DNA of 64,000 nt. Origin: Herpetosiphon aurantiacus DSM 785 (lineage in GTDB: Bacteria; Chloroflexota; Chloroflexia; Chloroflexales; Herpetosiphonaceae). The stretch is taken from NCBI GenBank assembly GCA_000018565.1, contig CP000875.1, positions 313,199 through 377,198 on the forward strand, read 5' to 3'. Numbering within the stretch: the stretch's first letter is position 1; every line of letters starts with the position of its first letter. Shown here one piece after another: positions 20,238-29,042 of the stretch. Both the position numbers and the translations under genes were made by a program. The notes beneath the pieces were generated by a model. The model saw nothing but the letters and a program-made list of their open reading frames with translations, did not search any database and had not been told where the DNA came from.

Positions 20238-21194
20238 ATGATGATGCAACCTAATCGACTCGATCTCTTCGCACGCCATCCAGCCAACCCGATTTTACAA
20301 GCAAGCGATTGGCCGTACCCGATTAATAGCGTGTTTAACCCTGGTGCAACCGTGCTCGCCGATGGGACGACCTTGTTATTATGCCGCGTTGAAGATCGGC
20401 GTGGCCATTCGCATTTTTGTGCAGCTCGCTCGGCCAATGGGCTTGATCATTGGCAAATTGATGCCCACCCAACCTTTGCCCCCGATCCACAGCAGTATCC
20501 CGAAGAACGCTGGGGGATTGAAGATCCACGCATTACCTATCTTGAGGAATTAGCGGCCTATGGGGTTGTATATACCTCCTATGCGACTGGTGGGCCTGGG
20601 GTTTCCTTGGCAACCACCACCGATTTCAAGACCTTTACCCGCTATGGGGTCGTGATGCAGCCCGAAAATAAAGATGCGGCGCTCTTTCCAGTGCGGATTA
20701 ACGGCTTATGGGCGATGATCCATCGCCCAATTGGCGCACAAGGGTCGCATATTTGGATGTCGCTCTCACCGGATTTGCGCCATTGGGGCCAACACCAATG
20801 TATGCTTGAGGCTCGTAAAGGCGGATGGTGGGATGCTAATAAAATTGGGTTGTCGCCACCGCCGATCGCCACCGAGGAAGGCTGGTTGATGATCTATCAT
20901 GGCGTTCGGATGACTCCTGGTGGGTGTCTCTATCGGCTTGGCGTAGCCCTGTTCGATACCGAACATCCTGAGCGCTGTCTGCGGCGTGGCGAACCATGGG
21001 TCTTGAGTCCGCACACGGAGTATGAACGCCATGGTGATGTCCCCAATGTGATTTTCCCCTGTGGCGTGACCGTCCTGCCGGATGGCGATACCCTCCATGT
21101 CTATTATGGAGCCGCCGATAGCTGCGTTGCGGTTGCGATTGGAAGTATTCGCCAGATTCTTGATTGGCTGACGATCTATGGAGTGGCGACGTAA
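20238..21194 (+). CDS. GH130 family glycoside phosphorylase/hydrolase (beta-mannoside phosphorylase-like)
   Basis: It has DUF377/GH130 signatures (WGIEDPRITY, IYHGV, and a beta-propeller). Its start overlaps the upstream gene's end. The start may be 20181 or 20238. Confidence 0.8.
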   Translation: MMMQPNRLDLFARHPANPILQASDWPYPINSVFNPGATVLADGTTLLLCRVEDRRGHSHFCAARSANGLDHWQIDAHPTFAPDPQQYPEERWGIEDPRITYLEELAAYGVVYTSYATGGPGVSLATTTDFKTFTRYGVVMQPENKDAALFPVRINGLWAMIHRPIGAQGSHIWMSLSPDLRHWGQHQCMLEARKGGWWDANKIGLSPPPIATEEGWLMIYHGVRMTPGGCLYRLGVALFDTEHPERCLRRGEPWVLSPHTEYERHGDVPNVIFPCGVTVLPDGDTLHVYYGAADSCVAVAIGSIRQILDWLTIYGVAT

Positions 21195-21324
21195 GCCTAG
21201 GCCGCTGGATTGCTTGAAGGCTGGTTGGGCAACTGAACCGCGAACATGGTATCAAGCTAATTGGAAGAAGATCGAGTTTCAGTCGTTCTCCTAGGCACTC
21301 AGCCAAAAACTATTAACCTCGTCG

Positions 21325-21450
21325 TGCATGAAACTGTCTCGACATAAAGATGCTTGACATGAAGATAAATTTCTTATATCTTCATGTCAAGCTAAATTGT
21401 CAATCCCATCACTATTGTCATTAGATAGTGCTGATGGGATTTAGCGAAGG
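21325..21450. promoter_or_regulatory. eamA promoter with MarR-type operator (homolog of 6725-6845), plus relic of marR 5' end
   Basis: There is a perfect 15-bp inverted repeat (CTTGACATGAAGATA / TATCTTCATGTCAAG) that contains a TTGACA-N17-TATCTT promoter. Upstream at ~21296-21334 there is a relic marR 5' end. Confidence 0.5.
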
Positions 21451-21458
21451 CGGCGGCG

Positions 21459-22358
21459 ATGCAACGATTGTGGAATATGCTGTTAACGGCGATTGCTCCA
21501 ATTTTGTGGGGCACAACCTATGTCATTACCACCGAGTGGCTGCCAGCCAACCGTCCGTTGTTGGTCGGCGTAATGCGGGCCTTGCCGATTGGCTTGATCT
21601 TTTTGGCCTTGGGGCGGCAATTGCCCAAAGGCATTTGGTGGTGGCGCTCGTTGGTGCTGGGCGCGTTGAATATTGGCTTCTTCTTCCCCTTATTATTTAT
21701 TGCCGCCTACCGCTTGCCTGGTGGTATCGCCGCTACGTTGGGCGCATTGCAACCATTTATCGTGGCGTTTTGGGGCTGGGTGGTGCTCAAAGAGCGAGTC
21801 ACTTCGCGCTTGCTGTTGATGGCGGGTTTAGGTGTGCTTGGGGTTGGCATGATGCTGCTCAATCCACAGGCTCAACTTGATGCTTGGGGCATGCTGGCAG
21901 CTTTTGGTGGCGCGATGCTCTATGGCGTGGGCATTACATTAAACAAACATTGGGGACGACCAGTGCCCTTATTGACCTATACCGCTTGGCAATTGGTGGT
22001 TGGCGGCCTGATGATTGTGCCAATTGCCCTGTTGATTGAAGGCCTACCGCCCGCCTTTACAACCAGCAATTGGCTGGGTTTTGGCTTGATTGGCCTCGTC
22101 AACACGGGCGTGGCTTATCTCTTTTGGTTTCGCGGCATCGAGCGCCTAAAAACATCCACCATGTCGTTTTTGATTTTGCTTAGCCCAGTTTCAGCGACCG
22201 TGCTAGGCTGGCTGGTACTCGATCAACGCCTGAGTTGGTTGCAAATGCTGGGCGCTTTGGTGGTACTGGCTAGCATCGTATTAAGCCAACTGCCGAGCCG
22301 CCAGCCCACCCCGCGTTTGCAGGTGCAACCAGCAGCTGACTCTGCCCTCACCCCCTAG
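21459..22358 (+). CDS. EamA/DMT-superfamily transporter
   Basis: It has 10 predicted TM segments with two EamA halves. Confidence 0.8.
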   Translation: MQRLWNMLLTAIAPILWGTTYVITTEWLPANRPLLVGVMRALPIGLIFLALGRQLPKGIWWWRSLVLGALNIGFFFPLLFIAAYRLPGGIAATLGALQPFIVAFWGWVVLKERVTSRLLLMAGLGVLGVGMMLLNPQAQLDAWGMLAAFGGAMLYGVGITLNKHWGRPVPLLTYTAWQLVVGGLMIVPIALLIEGLPPAFTTSNWLGFGLIGLVNTGVAYLFWFRGIERLKTSTMSFLILLSPVSATVLGWLVLDQRLSWLQMLGALVVLASIVLSQLPSRQPTPRLQVQPAADSALTP

Positions 22359-22414
22359 CCCCCTAGCCCGCCTAGCGAGCGAGGGGGAATCCAACGGTCA
22401 TGAAGCTTGGAATA

Positions 22415-22457
22415 CCCCTCGCCCGCCGACGTGGGAGAGGGGATGGGCGTGAGGGAA
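22415..22457. repeat. GC-rich hairpin repeat R2 copy (CCCCTCGCCCGCC-N4-TGGGAGAGGGG-N-TGGG(C/G)GTGAGGGAA)
   Basis: It lies between convergent genes. Related copies are at 23773-23817 and 56034-56077. Confidence 0.7.
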
Positions 22458-23438
22458 CTAAACCACCCGACCTTTGGCAATCGTCTGGTCAGCAATTCGC
22501 AGCACAAATTTTGAGCCTCTTGGCAAAGCTTTGATATGCTCTTTAATCCCATGCAGATCGAGATGACCACGTACAGGTTGTCCGATTGTGACCGTTTGGC
22601 CTTCTTCAAGGATCAGCAAACGTTCGGTACCATTCAACTCATAATTCTCACCCTCGAAAAGCCTGCCATAGATAAAGCCATAATGCATATGGGTGGCCTT
22701 TTGAAACTGTTCCAGTTGCTTGGCTGCAATCGTTAAGTTTGCTATAAACGATCGCCCCTTATGTTCAAGCAGCTGAATGCCTTGACCTTTGGCCAAAATG
22801 GGGTTATTTATTGTTGGAAATGTTGCATTGCTAGCGTAGTTTTCAGTAATCATCCATTGATGTTGTTCTGTAAACCAAGGCTGATTGTTGATTTCGGATT
22901 GATTCAGAGTAATGGCCGTGATTTCAAATGGCACGGGAATATGCTTCGGCTTGGTAGCGATTGATGTGTGCCCCGCTGCGAGTTTGATGTAGCCGTTGTG
23001 CAGATCATACTCATTCAAATGCTTGCCATAGAATAATGAATAGACTTGGCTTGGGTTATTGGCTGGCATTGCTAGGAATGTTACTTCAACTGGTAAATCA
23101 TACTTTGATTTTGCGCGAACAGCCTGCTCTAAATTGGTAATTTGAGTCACATGACCTGTACCATCAAGCCGTTGTGCTGAACGAAGCCAAAACGGTGTTC
23201 CGACTGTTAGTTGCCCTAACTGATATTGTGGGCTGAGAAACCAGAGACAAGCTTGAACGGTCTCGCCTGGCATGACATGGCGATCTTCATCGAGCAGCAT
23301 CGTAAAGCACCATGCCTGTTTATCATCGACTCCATAATACAATTCAGCGCGATAGTAGTAGTGCGCAAAGTGGGTTCGACTGGGGTTCTGGTCAAAGGTA
23401 ATTTCAACCCCAATATGGTGATCGATATTCGTACTCAT
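22458..23438 (-). CDS. Hypothetical cytoplasmic protein
   Basis: It is a long ORF with no motif recognised. Confidence 0.5.
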   Translation of the reverse strand: MSTNIDHHIGVEITFDQNPSRTHFAHYYYRAELYYGVDDKQAWCFTMLLDEDRHVMPGETVQACLWFLSPQYQLGQLTVGTPFWLRSAQRLDGTGHVTQITNLEQAVRAKSKYDLPVEVTFLAMPANNPSQVYSLFYGKHLNEYDLHNGYIKLAAGHTSIATKPKHIPVPFEITAITLNQSEINNQPWFTEQHQWMITENYASNATFPTINNPILAKGQGIQLLEHKGRSFIANLTIAAKQLEQFQKATHMHYGFIYGRLFEGENYELNGTERLLILEEGQTVTIGQPVRGHLDLHGIKEHIKALPRGSKFVLRIADQTIAKGRVV

Positions 23439-23562
23439 CTAGCTCTCCTTTTGTTTGCATTAGGTTTATAGTATAGCTGTAATGGTTTATCGCATTAACA
23501 ACCGCCAGCGTTCCCTCACCCCCTGACCTTTCAAGGATAGGTTTTTAACAATGATTGCGCAT

Positions 23563-23636
23563 CACCACCCTTCCGTCCCGCCTCAAGGCGGGAGACGCAG
23601 GGGGCTTTAATCCCCCTGCACCCCCTCAAGGGCAAT
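23563..23636. repeat. Double-hairpin repeat R1 copy 1
   Basis: The sequence CACCACCCTTCCGTCCCGCCTCAAGGCGGGAGACGCAGGGGGCTTTAATCCCCCTGCACCCCCT recurs at 53584-53649 with the apical loop flipped. Confidence 0.75.
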
Positions 23637-23772
23637 CAGGGGCAGTTATTCATCCACCGATGAACCACGGGATTGGTGGTTCAAACCGGAAAACGGTTAA
23701 AAACCTACCCTTGTAAGCACCCCCTGACCCCCTCTCCCGCCCGCGAGGCGAGAGGGAACCGCTCCTGGAGTG

Positions 23773-23817
23773 CTCCCCTCGCCCGCCGCCGTGGGAGAGG
23801 GGCTGGGGGTGAGGGAA
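23773..23817. repeat. R2 hairpin repeat copy
   Basis: The sequence is CTCCCCTCGCCCGCCGCCGTGGGAGAGGGGCTGGGGGTGAGGGAA. Confidence 0.7.
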
Positions 23818-23963
23818 AGAACCATGGTTGCCAACCTCATGAACCATTACATATACCGACTTGAGCGCCATTGGGGTCTGTCGCAAGACCTACTTGCTCG
23901 TGCCATTTCTGGTACAATAGACGCACAGTTGAGCGACTAGATCAGAACATAGAGCTAGTTTCT

Positions 23964-26462
23964 ATGTTCTTTGTTTTGATGGTTATGCAAGCAAATCAGC
24001 ATATTATTGAACTTGGCAAAACCTTGGCTGCCGAAGAAAAGGCCGGCTGCGACGATACTGCAACCGACCACGGCATCAGCATATTTCTGCGCGAATGGCA
24101 GGCCCAACATCCCCAAGCCTTGCATGAACCAGTTGTGCAGGGCGTGCTTGATGCCCTCGATGGCTACTCCGAGTTGAGCCATGCCGAACGTGAGGCTCGT
24201 TTGAGTGTTGCGCTTGATCGGCTGCGCAATTTGTTTCGCAAACAGCCCAAAGCTCCGGCTGAACCCGTGGGTGCTGTGCCGCCAATCGATACCTTGCTGA
24301 AAACTTTGCAAGGCATTGGCCCAAGTACTGCCCGTTCATTTGCCAAACTCGGGGTGCATACGCTCGAAGATTTGCTCTATCACGTGCCGCATCGCTACGA
24401 CGATTTCAGCAAACGCAAGCAGATTTGTGATTTGGTGGTGGGCGAAACTGATACGGTGATTGTAACCGTCGATGCAATTAAAAGCTTCAATGCCAAAGGT
24501 CGCCAAGGTGTGGAAATTACCGTCGGCGACGATACTGGCGTGCTCAAGGCTTCGTGGTTTCGTGGTACGTGGATGGCCAAGCAGTTTCGCGAAGGCATGC
24601 GGATTGTGCTCAGTGGCAAAGTCAGCATGTTCCGCGAAATGAAATCGATGAGCAACCCACAGTGGGAGCCATTTGTTGAAGACGATTTGGTGCATACAGG
24701 TCGCCTTGTGCCCGTCCACCCACTGACCAAAGGCTTGCAAGATCGCAATGCCCGTCAAGTTATTAAACGGGTCGTTGATGCAGTGACCCCAACCTTGTCC
24801 GACCCGTTGCCGATTGAACTCCGCGAACGAGCTGGATTATTGCCCTTGGGCGTTGCCATCAGCCAAATACATTTCCCTGATAGTTGGGCAATGGTGCAAC
24901 GCGCCCGCCAACGCTTGGGCTTTGATGAATTTTTGTACATTCAATTGGGCGTATTACAGCGCAAACGGCTGTATCAAGGCGTGCAAGGCCAGCCAATTGC
25001 CTTTAATCAAGCGATTCATGATGCCTACCTGAGCAGTTTGCCCTTTGCTTTGACCAACGCCCAAACTCGGACATTTAACGAAATTTGCCGTGATTTGGAG
25101 CGGCCAGTGCCCATGACACGGCTGGTGCAGGGCGATGTTGGTTCGGGCAAAACGGCGGTGGCGGCGGCAGCTTTGGTGCAGGCAGTCGCAGCGGGTTTTC
25201 AAGGGGCGATGATGGCTCCGACTGAAATTTTGGCCGAGCAACATTATCGCGGGCTGAAAAAACTGCTTGCCAATGTTAAAATTCCAGGCCGTGAAACCAA
25301 TAGCAATGGCGATTGGCGCGATGAACTTGATCAAGAAAAACGTAATCGCCTCGCCCAAATTAAGCAATTATTGATGCTGGCCGACGAGCCAGAACCCGAG
25401 CCAGGTGGCATTCGGGTTGCGCTGCTAACTGGTAGCCTCAAAGCTCGCCAACGCCGCGAAGCGCTCAAACTGATCGCCGATGGCGAAGTTGATATCATCA
25501 TTGGAACCCATGCCCTGATTCAAGCCAATGTTGATTATCAAGCGCTCGGCTTGGCAGTGGTCGATGAGCAACATCGCTTTGGGGTTGAGCAGCGCGAGGC
25601 ACTCAAACGCAAGGGCTTCAATCCACATCTTTTGGTGATGACCGCCACGCCAATTCCGCGCTCGTTGGCCTTGACGATTTACGGCGATCTTGATGTTTCA
25701 GTGATCGACGAGCGCCCGCCAGGCCGCCAGCCAATTCGCACCAAATGGATCAGCTCGGGCGAACGCAGCAAAGCCTACAAACATATGCGCAAGGAGATTG
25801 CGGCTGGCCGTCAAGCCTTTGTAATTTGCCCGTTAGTTGAGGAAAGCGAAAAACTCGAAGATGTAAAATCGGCGATTGTTGAGCAAGAGCATTTGCAACA
25901 CGAGATTTTCCCTGATCTCAAGGTAGGCTTGATTCATGGCCGTATGACTTCGAGCGAAAAAGACACAATTATGGCCCAGTTTCGCGACCGCGAATTCGAT
26001 ATTTTGGTGGCGACGGCGGTGGTTGAAGTTGGGATTGATATTCCCAATGCCACGACGATTATGATCGAAGGTGCTGAGCGTTTTGGTTTGGCCCAATTGC
26101 ACCAATTTCGCGGGCGGGTTGGGCGGGGCAGCCATCAATCGTTCTGCGTTTTGGTCAGCGATAAAGAAGATAACGATGTAACCGTGGCGCGGCTTTCGTC
26201 GATGGAAGAGAGCGAAGATGGCTTCCGTTTGGCTGAAATTGACCTTGAATTGCGTGGGCCAGGTGAGTTTTTTGGTATTCGCCAGAGCGGCACGCCTGAT
26301 CTTAAAGTTGCCCAGTTGACCGATACGCGCTTGCTGCATGCGGCGCGGATTGAAGCTGAGCGAATATTGAAACTTGATCCTGAATTGGAATTACCTGAAC
26401 ATGCCAAAGTCCGCGAAAAACTCCAAGCTTTTTGGGCGGGCATGGAAACTCAAAGCAACTAA
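23964..26462 (+). CDS. recG: ATP-dependent DNA helicase RecG
   Basis: It has the DEQHRFGV motif, a Walker A (GDVGSGKT), and a wedge or N-terminal domain. The start is uncertain. It could be 23871, 23964, 23977 or 23985. Confidence 0.85.
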   Translation: MFFVLMVMQANQHIIELGKTLAAEEKAGCDDTATDHGISIFLREWQAQHPQALHEPVVQGVLDALDGYSELSHAEREARLSVALDRLRNLFRKQPKAPAEPVGAVPPIDTLLKTLQGIGPSTARSFAKLGVHTLEDLLYHVPHRYDDFSKRKQICDLVVGETDTVIVTVDAIKSFNAKGRQGVEITVGDDTGVLKASWFRGTWMAKQFREGMRIVLSGKVSMFREMKSMSNPQWEPFVEDDLVHTGRLVPVHPLTKGLQDRNARQVIKRVVDAVTPTLSDPLPIELRERAGLLPLGVAISQIHFPDSWAMVQRARQRLGFDEFLYIQLGVLQRKRLYQGVQGQPIAFNQAIHDAYLSSLPFALTNAQTRTFNEICRDLERPVPMTRLVQGDVGSGKTAVAAAALVQAVAAGFQGAMMAPTEILAEQHYRGLKKLLANVKIPGRETNSNGDWRDELDQEKRNRLAQIKQLLMLADEPEPEPGGIRVALLTGSLKARQRREALKLIADGEVDIIIGTHALIQANVDYQALGLAVVDEQHRFGVEQREALKRKGFNPHLLVMTATPIPRSLALTIYGDLDVSVIDERPPGRQPIRTKWISSGERSKAYKHMRKEIAAGRQAFVICPLVEESEKLEDVKSAIVEQEHLQHEIFPDLKVGLIHGRMTSSEKDTIMAQFRDREFDILVATAVVEVGIDIPNATTIMIEGAERFGLAQLHQFRGRVGRGSHQSFCVLVSDKEDNDVTVARLSSMEESEDGFRLAEIDLELRGPGEFFGIRQSGTPDLKVAQLTDTRLLHAARIEAERILKLDPELELPEHAKVREKLQAFWAGMETQSN

Positions 26463-26510
26463 TTTGTGGCGAATTTGCAACATTGCGTGACTAAAACACG
26501 AAAAACCCTC

Positions 26511-26539
26511 TTGACAGAGAGTGATTGCTGCGGTACTAT
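26511..26539 (+). promoter_or_regulatory. Sigma70-like promoter TTGACA-N17-TACTAT
   Basis: It is a consensus -35 with a 17-nt spacer. It drives the short transcript described next. Confidence 0.4.
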
Positions 26540-26545
26540 ATATTC

Positions 26546-26640
26546 AAACCTTCTCCTCTCTCTTCTCTCCCACAAGCGGCTCCATTATGCGAGCCGTTTG
26601 TGGTTTTAGAACATTTTTTTATTTTACCTCAATAGCAAAC
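26546..26640 (+). ncRNA. Candidate small RNA: CU-rich 5' tract + strong intrinsic terminator
   Basis: The transcript begins with CCUUCUCCUCUCUCUUCUCUCCC. It is followed by a 13-bp hairpin (CCACAAGCGGCUC / GAGCCGUUUGUGG) and a U-run. It has no ORF with an RBS. Confidence 0.3.
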
Positions 26641-26795
26641 CCATTCTCACTTTGCCCTAAAAAATTTTTACTTTGTATCCAACGGTAGCGAAACTGCAAC
26701 GTTCTGCCACTTTAAGAAGTGGTATGCTCAAAGCCTAAATCAACATCAAGAGGGTTTCGATTGTTTGCTCATTTGAGCACAGCGCTCAGCTAGGC

Positions 26796-26824
26796 TTGCC
26801 GTTCGGCCACGACGGCGCTATAAT
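26796..26824 (+). promoter_or_regulatory. Promoter TTGCCG-N17-TATAAT for the EF-G paralog
   Basis: A consensus -10 lies 66 nt upstream of an AAGGAGG RBS. Confidence 0.45.
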
Positions 26825-26889
26825 CGACAAACAATCAACCTCACATTGATTCCGTCGTCGTTTCAAGTAACTCCAAAGGAGGAGTCTCT

Positions 26890-29001
26890 ATGAAAGAGTA
26901 CGGTCCGGATCGTATCCACACAATTGGCCTCTTTGGCCATGGCGGTGCTGGCAAAACTACCCTCGCTGAAGCCCTACTTTTCGCCAGCAAAGCTCTCCCA
27001 CGGATGGGTCGCGTCGAAGATGGCTCGACGGTTAGCGATTACGACCCCGATGAAGTCAAGCGCCATGCCTCAATTAACCTCTCGGTGATTCCGATCGAAT
27101 GGAATGGCAACAAGTTCAATTTTATCGATGTGCCTGGCTATGCCGATTTCCGGGGTGAAGCCGCTGCGGCGCTCCGTGTGATCGATGGGATGGTGCTGGT
27201 GCTCGATGCGGCTGGCGGGGTGGAAGTTGGCGCAGAATTACTTTGGCAAATGGCTCGTGAGGCGAATATCCCACGGGTCGTTTTTATTAACAAGCTTGAT
27301 CGCGAAAATGCCAATTTCCAGCGGACTGTCGAACAAGCCAAGGGTCTGTTGAGCGAGGCAATCACGCCTGTGCATATGCCAATCGGCAGCGGAGCCAACT
27401 TCAAGGGCATCGTGTCGCTACGCAAACGCAAAGCATGGCTGCATCACAATGGCAAAGATGGCGCGTATGAAATTGCCGAAATTCCCGCCGAAATTCGCCA
27501 AGAAGCGCTGCAAATGGCCGATGGCTTGATCGAAAAAATCGCCATGACCAACGACCACCTGATCGAAGAATATTTAGAAGGTGGAGCCGATGCCCTGAGT
27601 GCCGAGGAAATTCGCCAAGGCTTTCAAGCGGCAATCAATGCGCATACGATTATGCCGCTGTTTATTGGCTCGGCCACCACGCTTTCGGGCATTCCCCAGT
27701 TGCTCGATGGGATTCTCGATGCGATTCCTTCGGCGGCCAATCGCTTGACGACCGCCCACGATTTGCGCAACGATGATGATTATTTCCTTGAAGGCAAGGC
27801 TGATGAGCCACTGAGCGCTTTAGTGTTCAAAACCTTGGTTGACCAATATGTTGGGCGCTTGAGTTTCTTCCGCGTGTTTAGCGGCGAAATTCATTCCAAC
27901 TCAGTGGTGCGTAATGCTCGTACAGGCCGCGAAGAGCGGATTGGCCAGCTCTTTCAGATGCGCGGCAAGGAGCAAACGCCTGTCTCCTCGGTGAGCGCTG
28001 GCGATTTGGGAGCTGTGGCCAAACTCGCTGATACGCTCAGCGGCGACACGCTTTACAATCCTGAAAACCCTTTACGTTTACGCAGTGTTAGCTACCCCGA
28101 AGCTGCTTTTACCGCCAAAGTTACGCCTCATTCCAAAAACGACCTCGATAAGTTGGGCAATGCATTGCATCGGATCGTCGAAGAAGACCCCACCTTGCAC
28201 CTCGGACGCGACATCCAAACTGGCGAAACCTTGCTTGCTGGTTTGAGCGAAACCCACCTGAATTTTGTGGCCGAGCGAGTCAAACGCAAATTCGATGTGC
28301 ATTTTGATTTGGCAATACCTAGCGTGCCCTATCGCGAACGCATCAGCAGCACCGCTACTGCCACCTATCGCCACAAAAAACAAACAGGTGGGGCTGGGCA
28401 ATTTGCCGAAATTTCGCTGCGGCTCGAACCATTGCCAACTGACCCGAATCGTGCTGATCCATTGGAATTTGTCAGCGAGATTGTGGGGGGCGTGGTTTCA
28501 CGGTCGTTCTGGCCAGCGATTGAAAAGGGTATCCGTGAATCGATGGCCTTGGGCGTGCTTTCTGGCCATCCAGTGATCGACGTGAAAGCAGCGATTTACG
28601 ATGGCAAGGAACATCCCGTCGATAGCAAAGAAATTGCCTTCAAAACCGCTGGTAAATTTGCCTTCCGCGAGGCCGCGCGTAAAGCCAACCCAGTTATTAT
28701 CGAGCCAATTTATGCCTTGAAAATCAATGTGCCCGATGAATATGTTGGCGATATTCTAAGCGATTTGAATGGCAACAAACGTGGGCGAGTGCAAGGTATG
28801 GAGCAAATCGGCCATAGTCGCACCTTGATCACAGCCCACGTGCCATTAGCTGAATGCCAGCGTTATGCTACCGATTTGCGCTCAATTACCCAAGGCCGTG
28901 GCGATTTTGTGATGCGGCTTGATCACTATGATGATGTGCCACATAGCGTTGCCCAAACGATCATTGCCAACTCCAAACAGCAACACGACGATGATGAGTA
29001 G
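26890..29001 (+). CDS. Elongation factor G family GTPase (EF-G paralog)
   Basis: It has the G1 motif (GHGGAGKTT), DVPG, NKLD, and the five-domain EF-G length. Confidence 0.85.
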   Translation: MKEYGPDRIHTIGLFGHGGAGKTTLAEALLFASKALPRMGRVEDGSTVSDYDPDEVKRHASINLSVIPIEWNGNKFNFIDVPGYADFRGEAAAALRVIDGMVLVLDAAGGVEVGAELLWQMAREANIPRVVFINKLDRENANFQRTVEQAKGLLSEAITPVHMPIGSGANFKGIVSLRKRKAWLHHNGKDGAYEIAEIPAEIRQEALQMADGLIEKIAMTNDHLIEEYLEGGADALSAEEIRQGFQAAINAHTIMPLFIGSATTLSGIPQLLDGILDAIPSAANRLTTAHDLRNDDDYFLEGKADEPLSALVFKTLVDQYVGRLSFFRVFSGEIHSNSVVRNARTGREERIGQLFQMRGKEQTPVSSVSAGDLGAVAKLADTLSGDTLYNPENPLRLRSVSYPEAAFTAKVTPHSKNDLDKLGNALHRIVEEDPTLHLGRDIQTGETLLAGLSETHLNFVAERVKRKFDVHFDLAIPSVPYRERISSTATATYRHKKQTGGAGQFAEISLRLEPLPTDPNRADPLEFVSEIVGGVVSRSFWPAIEKGIRESMALGVLSGHPVIDVKAAIYDGKEHPVDSKEIAFKTAGKFAFREAARKANPVIIEPIYALKINVPDEYVGDILSDLNGNKRGRVQGMEQIGHSRTLITAHVPLAECQRYATDLRSITQGRGDFVMRLDHYDDVPHSVAQTIIANSKQQHDDDE

Positions 29002-29042
29002 GGTTGATAAGGATGAATTATGAAGGATGAGGGATGAAATAG

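Noticed and set aside
23640-23700. tRNA-like GGTTCAAACC segment
   Set aside because: No cloverleaf can be built by eye: there is no acceptor stem or anticodon arm. It lies inside a GC-rich palindromic repeat cluster.
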